A stretch of 61,867 nt of DNA, filler included, from Hausera hauseri (taxonomy: Eukaryota): assembly GCA_046269625.1 (NCBI GenBank). It is 11 parts of 11 records of this genome, joined end to end, with 100 filler letters (N's around TTAATTAATTAA, not from the genome) between each part and the next. Parts side by side here need not be neighbours in the genome. Positions count along the whole stretch, not along the records: positions 11,348 to 15,335 come from JBJURY010837525.1; positions 15,436 to 21,197 come from JBJURY010192638.1; positions 21,298 to 25,575 come from JBJURY010661441.1; positions 25,676 to 29,729 come from JBJURY010791535.1; 7 more parts are not named here. One strand, 5' to 3'. The notes beneath the pieces were generated by a model. The model had not been told where the DNA came from. It worked only from the letters and a program-made list of their open reading frames with translations, and did not search any database. The position numbers and the translations under genes are program-made. Shown here one piece after another: positions 13,314-27,553 of this stretch (within the stretch, counting starts at the first letter, position 1; each line of letters opens with the position of its first letter).

Positions 13314-13660
13314 GCGGCCAACACCCCCCCCGGGAAGGAAGGCAAAGAAGTGGTTCGGGATGAGTCATGGGGTAGAAAAAACGATACACGCACACACGGT
13401 TAAAAGGGCAGAGATGGGAGGCACACAGTCATGAAAGTGATACACACAAGCACGTGTACTGTATGGATTTAAGTTGGATTTAAAAATTTGAATTTGGAGC
13501 GAAAATATTTGTTTAAATTGTAGTTGTAAAGAAAGGGATTTCTGGCTCGGATTGGGTTTCACTAATCCCACCCCTAGAACAGAGCCAAAGCAATAAAATA
13601 TAAGAGAGATCTAAAACTTTTGTTGATATAACATATACAAAATATCTACCAAGAAAATGT

Positions 13661-15273
13661 TCACATATTTATACAGTAATGCCCGTATGCAACACTCCGG
13701 TTTTTCTCAATCCAGAGGCGTTTGTCGTCGAACGAGTTCAGTGATTTCTTTTTCGAGCTGATTGTCATAAGTTGGTAGTTTTTACTGCCAAATCGTTCCT
13801 GCTCCACCATGGTGCTGCAACCGGTTTCATAAGCCTGTAGGTAGTTACTGAACTGCAAGTCTATCTGCTTGAGATTGATACCTTTGCATTTGAGGACTGG
13901 TTTGGTTTGGGTTTTGAGGGCATAGGATTTCGGCCGTAGAAAATCGCCTCTTGATACTGAACACAGCCCTTGCTCTTGTCTTTAAAATTGACAATTACTA
14001 TTATAGCGAGTCGAGTACAGCGGATCAGTTTTATCATAGTTCGATCTATCTAACTGCTCGTTTGGTATTATTGCCAGTAAGTATTGTGATTTTAAGTCAA
14101 CACCACGGCATTCAATGAAACAACTTTCTGTATCACCGGCAACAATATTAAGTTCACACTGAAACCGGTGCCTATATGTCTCTAACTCTATATACTTTAG
14201 CTCATACATCCGTAACTTGGATAGATCAAGTACGACCTGACCGATGTATGAGTGCCTATCTAAGGTGAATATGTCTTTATCTAGGAGAACGAAAACCAGA
14301 TCATCGGCTATTATGATGCTCTCTTTAAACTGGGCCTTACTAGCATATGTAACAAGCTTTTTAGCATTATTGCACAGTCTCAGGTTTGACCTATTCAGCA
14401 AATTTTCAACGGTTTTACCGTATAAGCTATTGTTTTAAAGCTCAAGAACTCCTTTTCACAAGGATTATTTGCTGAAGCCCTTTTTGCAGTATTTAGACCT
14501 ATATAGTCCTTAAAAACATATATCTGGTCAAACTCAACGGCCCGATGTACCTTTTAAACTACAGCACCTAACTCAATGTACAACTGTAAGAGCCGATAGT
14601 GAACAACATAGTGGGACTTACGCTCATATGTCAGCATAAATTTCTTGACTTTTGAATCAGGAGGATATTTATTAATTGGGACTAAAGGCAATGGGTCCAA
14701 TTTATCATGTTTGTCAGCAGGAATGCTTAAGTTGACTTCAAATACTAAACTCCGTTTTTCTGTAACACAGTCAATATAAGGCAAATGTTTAATCAGGCTA
14801 GTTAATTTGTCCTCATTATATATCCATACCAAATTCGCAAATGGGAGTGGTTGCAATAAGGCCTAGCCGTATAAGTTATTTGCATCTATGTACTAGAGAC
14901 TGGTGCTTTCATCAGAGATAACCGTATTCTTATTTACAAAAGTCATGCCACCACGAATACCCTATTGAAAGAAATTGTACATTTCAGGGTCCTGTACAAG
15001 TTCAATAGGGCACAGACTTGTTTTCAGTGCAGTTGCCCATGATAAACCCGGAATAGAAAGGAAACTAACAGCCTGTAATCCATCCTGCAACTTAACCTCC
15101 TTTCTAAACCGCTCAAAAATATAGCCTAACAAGAACTCATCAAGTTTCATATATACCAACATATAATCTAAAAGGTAGCTGCAACTGTATTTTGACCAAG
15201 GCGGTTGTGCTTCCTCATAATCTGTATCAGTAACTCCATACCATTTTGGTGGTAAGTGTTTAATAAACTGCAA
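13661..15273 (-). pseudogene. Protein-primed DNA polymerase B, divergent subfamily A copy 2 (C-terminal half)
   Basis: SIPGLSW, IRGGMTF, YIDANNLYG*ALLQPLP, NSLYGKTVEN, SYIGQVVLDLSKLRMY, AGDTES, FDDKRLW..AYGHY. Confidence 0.92.
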
Positions 15274-15619
15274 GTAGTAGTTGTAAAAGGACTGGATGGG
15301 GCCAGCCCCTCAATTTTTAAAAAAAATTTGAGAAANNNNNNNNNNNNNNNNNNNNNNNNNNNNNNNNNNNNNNNNNNNNTTAATTAATTAANNNNNNNNN
15401 NNNNNNNNNNNNNNNNNNNNNNNNNNNNNNNNNNNAATAGTAATGATATTATCCGGAATTACTGTTGGGGATATTATAAGTATTTTTTCTTTATCTTTCT
15501 TCAGAAATATCTTGCTCAATAAATACTGAATTACTTCTCTATGTGATACAAATTTTTTCTTAGTAATTATGGTTGGTTTTTGTCCTTCGCAGTTAGTATT
15601 TATACTACTGCGTCGATTA

Positions 15620-16190
15620 ATTCTGGAATTCCCAGAATTATGACGAATAGTCTTTCATGGATTTTCCAAAACCGATTTCAGCCGTGTGTAGTTGTATTAG
15701 ACATGTAATGTATTTTCTAAATGAAATTTCAGAATCTAGTGTACAATTCATATGGCCAATTTTGCTTTCCAAATCTCTAATTTCTAATAATAACTTTTAG
15801 AAAATCCAGGTGAATTTTCTAGAATCATTTTGCATTTTCCAAGTTTTGATAATTAATTATGTTCGTTTCTAATTTTCAATTTTTTATTTATTTCTATAAA
15901 ATTATTGTTTTTCATAATCCTTAATATATTACTTTATGGTTGTCACTTAATGATATGTATAATTCCAATTTCTATAATTTACTTTTTCGCACATACTTTA
16001 TGTATATTTTACTCTAATTGTATTATCATTCCTTTTATTTTAATTCTTGTTTCATACCAATGTACATCCCTAATACATATGTTCTACCTTTTTATGGTTT
16101 TCTCCTAACGTCCTGCTAGCTGTGGTAATGTGCGTATGTGGTGCCGCATTTTATGTGGTGGTTTAATTTTCTATGAATTATTATTTAGCC
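15620..16190. repeat. AT-rich dispersed repeat, direct copy at about 18425-18910 (possible LTR-like remnant)
   Basis: Shared GAAAATCCAGGTGAATTTTCTAGAATCATTTT..CATAATCCTTAATATATTACTT..TTAATTCTTGTTTCATACCAATG..TTTTATGTGGTG. Confidence 0.8.
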
Positions 16191-16489
16191 GCTTTGGTTA
16201 ACAATAGTTGTACAGTAACATACCTGGTAATGACACCCATAAGAGGTTTGACAATAAAACACGACAAGACAATTATATAAAAAAGGGTTTATTAATTATT
16301 ATATCAATATTCACATTGTCACTTTATAATAAAGTCAAAGTTTTTATCAGAATCTATCAGGATCAATTGTCAATGTTTCGTTTCAATCAATATTGGATTG
16401 AATTATTCGATTAGGGTTCGGTCATCAATTAGTAAATCCTAACAACATGCTTAAGTTTATTTTAATCAGTCAGTTCAAGAGGAAGCCAC

Positions 16490-17370
16490 ACATCTGAATG
16501 ATTGATGTAACCCAATTTTTTTAGGATTGTTCGTGGAATTTTTAATCTTCTAGCTACTTCGCGAACAGTATAACGCGTGTTTTCTTCAATCGTGGTTATG
16601 ATCTATATCTGTGTTTGTAGTGGGTGGGCAGCAGCAACGTTATTCGTCTTCCAGATTAAAATTACCGGCTCTGAATTTCCAAAACAAACAGCTAACTGTC
16701 TGAACACTTGTAGCGCTATTCCTATAAACCTTCAAAATCTCATTTGCTGTATCACCAGAACTATTACCTTTTTTCAAAACAAAACAGCATTACATATCTG
16801 AAATATTTTCTTTGATCTTCCATCACTAACTAATAAAAAGGGCTTCGTAAAAATTAATTTAAGTCAATGAAACACACTCTGATAGTTAGAAGGCTGCTGA
16901 ATGCGATGATATTAATACTGAACGTTCAAGGTCACAGGTTTATGTAAACACTGCATGCTAATGTCTTTGTGCGCATTTGCTAAAGAAACTTACGGGGCAA
17001 CCTCCCATATATCTTTACTTGCCAGAAATAAATTGTTATCATTTGACTGGGATGTTTTACCTCATCCCCCATACTCTCCGGACATTGCCCCTACCGATTA
17101 TTATATATTTCTTTCATTCAAAAATTCTCTACATGGTAAAAAAGTTAATTCATAAAATGGCATAAAAATGTACTTTGATCAATATTTCGCCAACACACCT
17201 CAGAAGTTTTGGGAAGATGACATTATGAGGCTTTTGGAAAGATGGAGGAAGGTAATAAATCAGAATGGATCATACATAATTCAATAAAGTTTTTTGAAAC
17301 ACAAATTGTTGTTTATTTTTTTCATGACGTAGAACCTCATTTGTTTCAAAAGAACAATCTTCATCCTGAT
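16490..17370. mobile_element. Rearranged mariner remnant: N-terminal HTH part on - (about 16490-16825), C-terminal part on + (about 16985-17290)
   Basis: Minus strand MEDQRKYFRYVMLFCFEKG..KFRAGNFNLEDE; plus strand WDVLPHPPYSPDIAPTDYYIF..FWEDDIMRLLERWRKVI. Confidence 0.8.
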
Positions 17371-19776
17371 ACACTGCTTATTACTCTCATTCACTTCACA
17401 GTACTTTCACCTATTCGTTCGTCAAACATAAGGAGAATTACTCTATTAATTAATGGTTACATCAAAATTCTCCAACTAATATCTAGGTAGATTCGGAAGC
17501 AAATGTTATGATAAGCTAAATTCATCACTCGGGATTACTATCGACTGTGAAATTCATTGCATTATTCCTCTCCGTTACAACTGCAATATGTGCCAATCTC
17601 TCATTAGTCGGCAACTCCTAATCAGTCTATTACTGCTTTCATATAGTCACTACTTTATTTAGTTCACTGATTGTACCGTCATTATTTTGTTCTACTAGTG
17701 GTAATTCAATTCGACCTGAGTGCAATTGATGTCTCCTGGAATAATCGTTTAGTTACGCAATACATATCGGTACCTTTAAATATCTTTAATATATTGCCAA
17801 AGCTTTAATTTAGGAAACTACGAATTTATTCACACAAAGTAATATAAAAGTTATTTGCGGCAATTGTATTAATAAATTCATAATATACCTTGCTGGCCTT
17901 CTTCAATTTCTACAATTTGACCATTTTTCTCTTGATTCATAATGACATCGAATTTCTTATGAATAGAAAGAAATTTTTTCTAATCGACAATAGAGATAAT
18001 TGTTTTATAACAGAAGACTGCTTAATATGTTCTAATATTCAATTTAAGTCACTGTTCAATTGTTGGAATCAAAGATGGTTTCTGATATCTTATTTCTGTA
18101 TGTGAAAGTTTGGCGAGCGTATTAGTGTACAGATGTGGTATGATTATTTCCCTCCGCTTGCTGGGTCGATTTAGTGTTTATTCTTCGATAATTCGATACT
18201 TAGACAAAATTTTTCTTCAGAACACAGATCGAACTGAAATAATGATAGTAATGAATCAATAGTTTCTAGTCTGTAACTAGCGATAAGTTGTAATAATAAC
18301 AGACTAGATTACCTGTAACTAACTGTTATTTCAATGTCTCGTTGTAAAACGTATAAATCTTGATTAACTAATAATTACTTAATTTTGTTGCAGAGTATGT
18401 ATATGTATATATACTGTCAGGACACTGAATTCTGGGATTTCCAGAGTTCCAGCCAATAATATTCTATAATTTATTATTTCGCTGTCATTCTGGCTTTCTC
18501 AATTTCTAATTTCTAATAACTTTCGGAAAATCCAGGTGAATTTTCTAGAATCATTTTTGAATTTTCCAAATTTTGCTAATTAATCATTTCTACATTTTGT
18601 TCGTTTCTAATTTCCGATTTCTAATTTATTTCTATAAAATTATTGTTACCCATAATCCTTAATATATTACTTATTGGTTGTTCCTTAATGATATGTATAA
18701 TTCCAATTTCTGTAATTTAATTCTTCGCACATTTTCTGTATATTTTACTTTAATTGTATTATCATTCCTATTACTTTAATTCTTGTTTCATACCAATGCA
18801 CATCCTTAATGCATATGTTCTACCTTTTTGTGGTTTTGTTCTGACGTCTTGTTAGTTGTGATAATACGCGTATGTGGTACCGTATTTTATGTGGTGATTT
18901 AATTTAATTATTATTATCATTATGAGTTCGCATATTGAAAAATATCCAACAATAACGAGCAAAAATATGTGATGAGGTATGTAAAAAATAGCCTTCGATA
19001 TTAAAAAAAATCCAAAATAAATTTTCAAAATGGTGAACAAAACTTCAATTCAAAATGTTGGATTATATACACCTTTATTTATTGGAATCAAATTTCACAA
19101 AACTGCTATTGAATAATTTTCACAAACGAAACACAAAGGACACTGCAAACGAACTGTGTGAAAACCAATCAGAGAAAAAGTGATACAAATAATACTTGAA
19201 TAGAGTAAGTAACTTTAATAATTTCAAATAAAAAATCAAAACTTGTTAAACAAATTAATATTACTGACATCTTTTGCTGAATTTGGGGTATATAGTTAAT
19301 TCTTTTTCTATATTTGAACAAATACGCCAAATTGGACAGTTTGATGAATTGTTGGACTTTTGATCAATTTCGAAGTATATCGTTAACACTTTCATAGCCT
19401 TCCAGTGTGTCAGAATTGGCAATTCGGTGAACGCACCAAGGATTTTGATGAACGGAGAACATGATTGGGAATTTGAGCTGATCGGTCTGTGCGAGTACTC
19501 GAAAATGAGATAGCGGCTAACTGCTTAAATTGCACGAAGTGAAACCGTAGCACAAAAACTGTTTCAAAGAAATACTAGAAAATTGAACTGATATTGAAAT
19601 GTCCGTCAAATAGTTGATAGAAAGATGTACACTGAAGAATCTCTGTTGCGACAAAATTATGATATGGTTACTGAATGTATAACGCAAATGATAACGAAAT
19701 GGTAACCGATTATTTCCAACAATCAAATGAACACTGATTGAAATGTTTGCTTATCGAGATAATGGAACTAAGACGC

Positions 19777-19890
19777 TTTCGAGAAGAAAGATCAGGGCCC
19801 GCCTATGGGCCCGACACAGCAGCGTCAGACGCCCGGCCGTGTCCAACCAAATGGGCCAGAGGACGCCAAGCGCTGTGGGCACCACACCAA
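19777..19890. repeat. GC-rich dispersed repeat, inverted copy at about 25728-25840
   Basis: AAGATCAG(G/A)GCCCGCCTATGG..CCGGCCGTG..CAAATGGGCCA..GCTGTGGG(C/T)ACCAC matches the reverse complement of 25728-25840. Confidence 0.75.
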
Positions 19891-20809
19891 TAACCTAATT
19901 GTCCATCAATATCTAAATCTAATTTAACAAATTTACATCATACATAACCCACGAGTCATTCCAAAGTCAGATTGCATGCACATGCAACCCGTGCCATTTC
20001 CAATAATCAAATTAAAATAATAGTCTCATACTAAACCCGATGCAAATAAGCAAAATTTCCCACAATATTTCCCACTCAGCCCATGGCACATTGCCAACTT
20101 GAAACTCTCTCAGCTGGACAAATAGACAGCTTAACTGCCAACATTTCCCTATGGTCACTGAACCACCACCTTCATCCAAAGACGACCATAGGTCACCAAC
20201 CGCCAATCAATCCGTACACATTCAAGTATGAGGCGGATTTCAAAAAATGAAATATACATAAAACCCAAGACATTCAAGTAGAAAAACGAATGTTAGAAAT
20301 CATCACTTTTGTACTTTCGATTTAAAAAGTTAAATAAAAAATTCGATTGACTAGCAATTTTAATTTTCACTGGTAGTATATAAGCTGTTATCAAGTGAAC
20401 AAATTTCGTTACTACAAAATTTATTGCCGGATTCATTCAACAATTCCGAAATTTCAACAACAATTGTTGGTACCTTCAGACAATTATTAATGTCTTGTCG
20501 TATTCATTATCTTACAGAAACGCGACTCTATAACAATATTATAGTACTCCGCGAAATTGTTACAAATTTTAGGATGAAACCAACGAGTATAATTGCTTAT
20601 CTTCCGTTGACAAAATTTAATCTCGATTAGATCGATCAGTAGTAATACCCGAGGAAAAAACTCGTGAAATAAAGTCCCGATATCACTCGAAATTCGACGC
20701 ACCAATTCCATTGAACAAATTACCTTCCAGCAAGGAGGCAAGTACTGAAACATTCGATACTCAGTGTTCAATCGATTTTTAATATCCGTCTAATGCTGTT
20801 AATTGGATC

Positions 20810-21197
20810 ATTGATTTTTAAATTTTGCATTGTAAATGCAAACCAGGGTGTCTGAGGAGAATTTCGGATTGTAAAATTGGTAACCCAGGCAGCACTTCTG
20901 AGCCTTAGTGTTGTATCTGCTGTGGTAGTAGCAGATCGTCGAACGCGCAGGCGACGGCGAGCGGTTTCGTGACGTGGAACGGGTACGGGAAGCGGCAAAA
21001 CCCCCTCGTCGGGACAAAGACAATTCATTTAGTTTGTTATTTATGTTATTGATAGTTGCCTGCAATGCAATATTCTCAGCATGTAGCTGATTTAGCTGCT
21101 GTTGTATGGGCGTGTTTGTTGTTTGTGTATCGTTAGCAGCAACTGCTGCTGAAACTACGGGTTGAGAATTTATGTTTAGTATGTCGTATGTCTTATC
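20810..21197 (-). mobile_element. Ty3/gypsy gag fragment, same family as 12897-13313
   Basis: QATINNINNKLNELSL..SRNRSPSPAR..ICYYHSR is nearly identical to the gag at 12897-13313. Confidence 0.85.
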
Positions 21198-21459
21198 NNN
21201 NNNNNNNNNNNNNNNNNNNNNNNNNNNNNNNNNNNNNNNNNTTAATTAATTAANNNNNNNNNNNNNNNNNNNNNNNNNNNNNNNNNNNNNNNNNNNNTTA
21301 CTAAATAAATGTGTTATGAAATTAGTTGTTCTTAACCTATATAGTAGTTACTTAGTTTTACTTGGCCTTATCCTATATCCCACATTACTTGATCAAGAAG
21401 GCAACACGATATTTCTATACAACATTTATTAAACAAAGAATAACAATGAATAACAATAT

Positions 21460-24400
21460 TTGCAATGCCACATGTCCGTGAGGTAGTGTTTGGATTCCGT
21501 CTTCAAGAATGTGCCTTTTGTCATAGTACCAATCGAGGCTTTTCTTCTGCAGGCAACCGTAGCAATCTAATGTTCCCGGGACTGGATCCTCTTCATCTCG
21601 CTGATCATGTGAGTTTGTTCTCGCAACACTTTCTCAAAATCTACAAAGCCTATGTCTTTAGCTAATGTGGCCCTTTGAACTACCTTAGCCCGCTTCTTTA
21701 CCTCACCAATTACATCGATGGCGTACATTTTTGATCTCAACGCAAGGAAACGGGTGATGATCTTCCCATTCACCTCGTCTTTATACTTCCCGAGGACCTT
21801 CTTGTTAACGGTTGAGTAATTTGGATGATCCTTCTGATAGTCCGAGGTATCCATATACTGCACCAATTTTGCAGACTTTTCAAAGACATCATTTGTGTGG
21901 ATCTGGTATATGAAACTGCGCGTGTACATGTAGATTATCTGGAGCTCCTTGAATGTGGGGACCATGATGTTGTAATAAAAGTCATACATCAAGGTCTTGG
22001 ATAGATTTAATATGGACATGCTCACATATATAAGCTTGTTGAACTCAAGTGATGTCTTGAGCATATGGATGCTCATTATGTTCTCCGTGTAGATTGTGCT
22101 GCTGCGGAAGTTGGGCTTAGCGATGAGTTTCTTTGCCTCCTTCCAGTCACATACCAGCTCGATGTTTATCCGGTTCTGGATGTTCTCCATAGTTTTGCCA
22201 AAGACCGAGTTGTTATACAGCTTGAATTGGTCCTTTTCAAACTCTTTCTTGTCATTGGTCCTCAACTGGGTATTGAGGTATATGTATGGATTTAGCCATT
22301 TGGACTGGCTGAATTGCAGAGTTCGATGAATCCTGATGATTCGGAGTCCATTTTGGATGGCCTGTTAAAGATTTATGTAGTGGGCTACATACCTCGCTCT
22401 GTTTTCGATGTGACAGAGAAGCTTCTTATGCTTACCATTTAGCGGCCTCTTGCACTCCAGGAGAAAAGGCAGCTGCTCATGCCTTGTGTGGATGCTATGT
22501 GGGTATTCCACGTCCACCTCCAGTATGTAGCCCGTATCTACATTGGGATCCATACCTTCAATATCCAGGACTTGCGGCTGCTCCACCCATTGAAAGTTAT
22601 CATAGGGCAGTGGGTTGCTCATTGCTCATCCATACAGATTGTTGGCAATAGGTATGATATATATGAGTATTCCTTGGATGGATCATAATCTGCCATGTAT
22701 TTGTTGTTGGCCTCACTGTACTTGTGAATGGCCTGGCAAATTCCGCTCCTAATGCCACTCAATCATAAGGACCATATTGTAATCCTTCAAGATCTGTAGC
22801 CTTATGCCGGTATAGCGCAGCATAGCTGCCCAATTCTTTCCTGGATCTGTAAAGAAATATGCTGGATATAACTTGTGTCTCTTAAGGGTTACATCCCGGA
22901 AACTTTCGAAGACATCAGTAAGCAACACCATATCTGTGAGTAGATAGATATCACTGTATTCCCCTATTGTCCTGCACTGGAAGGTATGCCATACTCTTTG
23001 GGCGTGCTCATAGTCAGCATCGCTAATATGACTGTATGACAATTGACTATAGAAGTCCTCCTTGGCCGGTAATGCAGTGCTTTCCATGACGTTATATAGT
23101 CATAGGGGAAGACTCCTTTCTACTTCACCAGGTCAAATGTATCCGGAAAGAACCTCTTCGTCTCCTTGAGCTCTTCAGCTGGAAGGTTCTTCACGAGGCT
23201 GTCCAGTGACGAGCTCATGAAGCGAAAGCTATCAATGAAGCGAAGTCTGATGCCGCCCATATGCTTCGTGAAGGTGATGTACTTCTCCTCATTATTTGGA
23301 ATCACCTCAATGTTTCCTTCAATATTACCCAGTTCTTGAACAATGAAGTGGGAATCGTATCCAATAAGATTGTGGAATACCACGGGAACATATGTACATG
23401 TCTTGCAGCGTAGGTTGCAATTGTTGCACGCTGCGCTTCGGTATATGCCTGTAAAATGGCAGTGATCCCTGACTCTGTGATTGTCCCATGTGAATGGCTT
23501 TCTGCATAAGTAACATATTAATGCTTTGCGCCATTCACATTTTTCTTGCTGTGACATCACCATGTAGCCCTTATGAGGCTGCAACATGTCTTCAAGTTTG
23601 TGGGCATACTGTTCCAGACACTGCATAAAATGTGCTGCTGCATTTGCACCCCTGCATAGGTAGGGTTCTTTGTCCAGTCCTTTGGCATACATGCAGTAAA
23701 ATGATAACTGATGGTACTGGTATGCTGTAGTACTGCTTTGCTGTGGATTGGGACTGCAGCTGTAAACTGGACTGAGGATTACCTCAAAGTCACAATATAT
23801 GGCAATCGGCACCTTCTGCATCTTCTTGAACTCCTTGAATTCCAGGTAATCCTCCTTGGGAAATTCTGCTCGGATGCAATATTTTGTATTGCAGTAGGTC
23901 TTGTGCTCCTCCAGTTTTTCTGCGGCTGTGTCTCCATTAAAATGGGTAAAGCAACTTTTGCATATTTTCAGCCTTGATTTATGCTTGGATATTTGGGATC
24001 CTACGAGGATCTCAAAATTCTTGATCCAGATGAAATGCCTCGTTTCTCCATCATCTAGCAGGAGCAGATCCCTATGATCCTCCAATTCCTGCTTACACAC
24101 ATGTAAGGGATAAAATTTGTCCTCCTCCAATCCAAAGATGTTGATGAAGATGTTGTTCAAGCTTGCAAATTTCACGATTTTATCTAGGCTCGGCGGGAAT
24201 AAAATACAACTGAAGTCGTATGTGTGCTGCACTTTGCCATATATCCAAACTAGAGAAACATTATGCTGATCCTGGACTAGTTTTGACAAATTAGAATACA
24301 TGAAGCACATGTTATCATTATTGTGGACATTGACGCGCCTTTTCCTTAACTATCCATTCAGGAAGAGGTATGTAAGACCTGCGTCTCATGGGAGAATACT

Positions 24401-25240
24401 TGTGCACATGCACAAGTAACCTCTTTATTGTTGCCAAAATCCAACCGCTTTTCTTGTCCTGGCTTTCTTCGGCTTCGGAATGAGCCTTGCATAGTCTTCT
24501 GCAATGAAATCCATAATGTTTGAGAATTTCAATAGTGGCCTGTTCTTTGTCTTTAGCCATCCTTTGAAACTGGTGAAGGTGGCTTTCAATTTAAAGTTCA
24601 CGTTAAGGGTCTTCAGTTCCAACAAGTTGTGTTGGAGAATTCCTGCTGCATCCTCCTTTGAATATTCCAGGAATTCATGGAGCGATGTCTGTCCCACTAC
24701 TGCTATAAAGTATCGCCGCACTTTGCTCTTCAGTAAAACTATATCAACTGGCCGCTGTTTTTGACTTTTGATGGAGAATCTGCTGCTACTTCCGATATGC
24801 GTTTTAGTCCTGCATCGGGCCTTGCTGCTAAAGCAGGCTGCATAACTGGCTGTGCTGCCAAAACAGGATGCCGCTCATTAAATAAAACCTTCTTTGACTT
24901 TGATGTGAAGTCAGTCAAATGATGTTTGTGATCTTATAAAACTGTATGTATTCTCCATCACATACAACCTCACATCCTGGGCAGATATAATAGATAATCC
25001 TATTGACGTTGTGACCATAATAGTTCCTCATAGTATTGACAGTTCTGAGGGTTGTGTATTGCACATGTGCAATACACATATGAATTGCATCTTTAATTTT
25101 CCTTTGGCACGAAAGTTGTTATTGGCATATTGGTAATATTTGTTTTTCGACTTCGTAAAGGAAATCAAGTGCTGTTTATGGACTTGTAAAAGTCTTCGTA
25201 ATTGACTTGTCACACTACCTCACATGTCGGGTGTACTGCT
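21460..25240 (-). pseudogene. Protein-primed DNA polymerase B polyprotein, subfamily B copy 1 (nearly full length, N-terminus clipped)
   Basis: Cys/His repeat domain, KSGWIL..KYSPM..SYIPLP, NDNMCF..HFIWIK, ICKSC..HKTYC, IYCDFE, RDHCHFTGIYRSAACNNCNL, FHNLIGYDSH, ANNLYG*AMS, KLYNNSVFGKTMENI, LRSKMYA. Confidence 0.95.
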
Positions 25241-26340
25241 TCACGCGTGGTGGCGCTGGAAGGTTAGCGGACCGGTTAGAGGACTTTCCCTACCATGTGA
25301 CTACACTTTTAAAAATTTTACGTGTAGTTGTAACTCTAGCAATTCTGTATACTTGTACTATAGTCTTTTCCAGTTTTGTTTCTTTAGCGTTTCTGTTTAT
25401 GTTATTATGAGTTGAATCAAATGACTATTTGGACTTGCAGTGAGGCAGCACGATCAAGTGATTCCAATACTCCATGCAGTGTGTTCTGCTAATGTATATG
25501 CTCGAGACAGGAAATCAGTGCCTTTAAATAGATCAGTCATTTGGCGGTTACATGTCATTTCGCACGTCTACAATTNNNNNNNNNNNNNNNNNNNNNNNNN
25601 NNNNNNNNNNNNNNNNNNNTTAATTAATTAANNNNNNNNNNNNNNNNNNNNNNNNNNNNNNNNNNNNNNNNNNNNTTTTCCATAGTTCTTCATACACCTG
25701 CGGATCTTCGTAAAATTTTTACATGTGAATGTGGTACCCACAGCTGCCGGTGCCCTTTGGCCCATTTGATCGGGCACGGCCGGATGTCCGTTGCCGCCGC
25801 ATCGGGTCCATAGGCGGGCTCTGATCTTCCGCCTCGAAAGAATTCAAAGAACTACGACTGAAATCCAATTTCACAAATTTCAAGTTGGCATTAGAAGGTC
25901 CGGTTTATATGTATGACGTCAAAAAATCGAAAGTAAAACTTTAAGAACAAAGCTTGAACCTTTTATTCAGTTATCAGCAAAAGTAGCAAATGTGCAGCCA
26001 TTTGTTATAAGGGTCGTCGGTGGTTTACGACCACTAAATGGAGGCAGGTGGGTGTTGAGGCGTTTGAAATAAATGGTGTGCAGGTGTCGTTGAGATCGTT
26101 GGCAGAATTTCTGAGGGATGCGGGGCCTTGTTGTCGGATGGTCGTTTTGTTCTCGGCAGTGTCCCATTTTTCTTCTGCACAACGATTAGATCGATAGTGG
26201 AAAAGATTTACTACAGACCGTTGATTTTCTTGAAAAAAGGATTCAAATTGTCAAAAGTTAGTTCTGATTTCTGAAGTTCAACTTCAAACCGAAGAAATAG
26301 AAACAGAAATTTTGAAAAGTTACTACGGATAATTCACAAT

Positions 26341-26860
26341 ATGATCTCTGGGTTTTTTTGCTAACGCTTTCCTTATAGGTCTTACTCTTAATTTTTTAAA
26401 TGCCTTTCTTGACCCTATCTTATTAAAATTGAATTACGCTATTCGTGCGAAATCCAATGAAGGCGATAAATGTTTGTCAATACTTCGACTGATGAAACAA
26501 CAGTCCACTCATAGCATGACTGATAATTTTACAAAATACTCGAAATTACAAAGTGAAATTAAGAAACTTGAAGGGCAATTTTTAGTGATTCAGCACCGAA
26601 AACATAAAAAATTATCTATTCAATCGTTCTAAGTTTATTTCTAATAATTGCCGAAGTTTTTCTTTGGGTTTTGTTCATTTTCCTGTATCGAGAAGAAGCC
26701 TAACATTTTCATTGTATACAATTGAACAAATATCGACATGGGTTCAATCGGAATTTTTAAGTTCCGTGACAATTCGGATGCTGTTTGCATGTATAGATGT
26801 TTTTATGCCCTGTATTTGTCAATTCTCTCTATATGTTTCTTGTTGTTATATTTGTCGTTG
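26341..26860 (+). pseudogene. GET1/WRB-like membrane protein (frameshifted; pseudogene or homopolymer errors)
   Basis: N-terminal hydrophobic helix, then coiled coil QSTHSMTDNFTKYSKLQSEIKKL (compare WRB STVNMMDEFARYARLERKINK), then a second hydrophobic helix in another frame. Confidence 0.4.
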
Positions 26861-27553
26861 AATTTATCGGTGATCGATACTATATGCTATTCGAGCAAAT
26901 TTGATTGTGCCGAATTCACTGGCCTTTTATTGACAAAAAAATTAACTGTTGCGAAGATGTTGTTTAAAGAAAATAAAGATTTTTTCCGCGTTTTCAATTT
27001 GAATAGTTTGAGCATTTTGAATCTCTCATCGCTTGATTTTATTGAGATTTTCGAAAGTCTTGTTTTGCGATTTTTAAATTTGAATAATTCCGAAGTCCGA
27101 AGATTGTCGGATCTTATTTGTTCAACTCATCTGCTGCAAGCTAATTTGCAAAATTATTAGAAAATAGGACATATTGATGGGAGTCAGATTGCTTGCAGAA
27201 TTTGCATGAGTAATGAAAGCTAAAAACTATAATTGGTGTGAGAAAATCTGATGCTCGGATTTCGGTGTTTTGGATTAAGTAATACCCTGTTTCAATTTCA
27301 AAGATTATATATATATAATGTTTACCTTCTTATTACCTTCTATATTTTCGTTGATTTTATTAAATTGTTTAACATGAAGAACGAAACCTATTTGTGGTTA
27401 AAATGTGTTTACAAAACCGGCTGTACATCGACACCATCGGGTTTTAAAGAAATGTGCATGAAAAATTCTCGGCACTTCGAAATGTTTTGCAGTTGGCTAA
27501 ATAGAACTTTCCGCTAAGTTTCTGATGACAATCGAGATCATAAAGAGCTACTA

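Noticed and set aside
19050-19730. Possible host exons on the minus strand
   Set aside because: No recognisable domain and no consistent splice model.
21460-25240. Alternative genetic code explaining the in-frame stops in pPolB
   Set aside because: TGG, CAA and CAG are used normally, frameshifts also occur, and most stops are copy-specific. Only the motif A site recurs.
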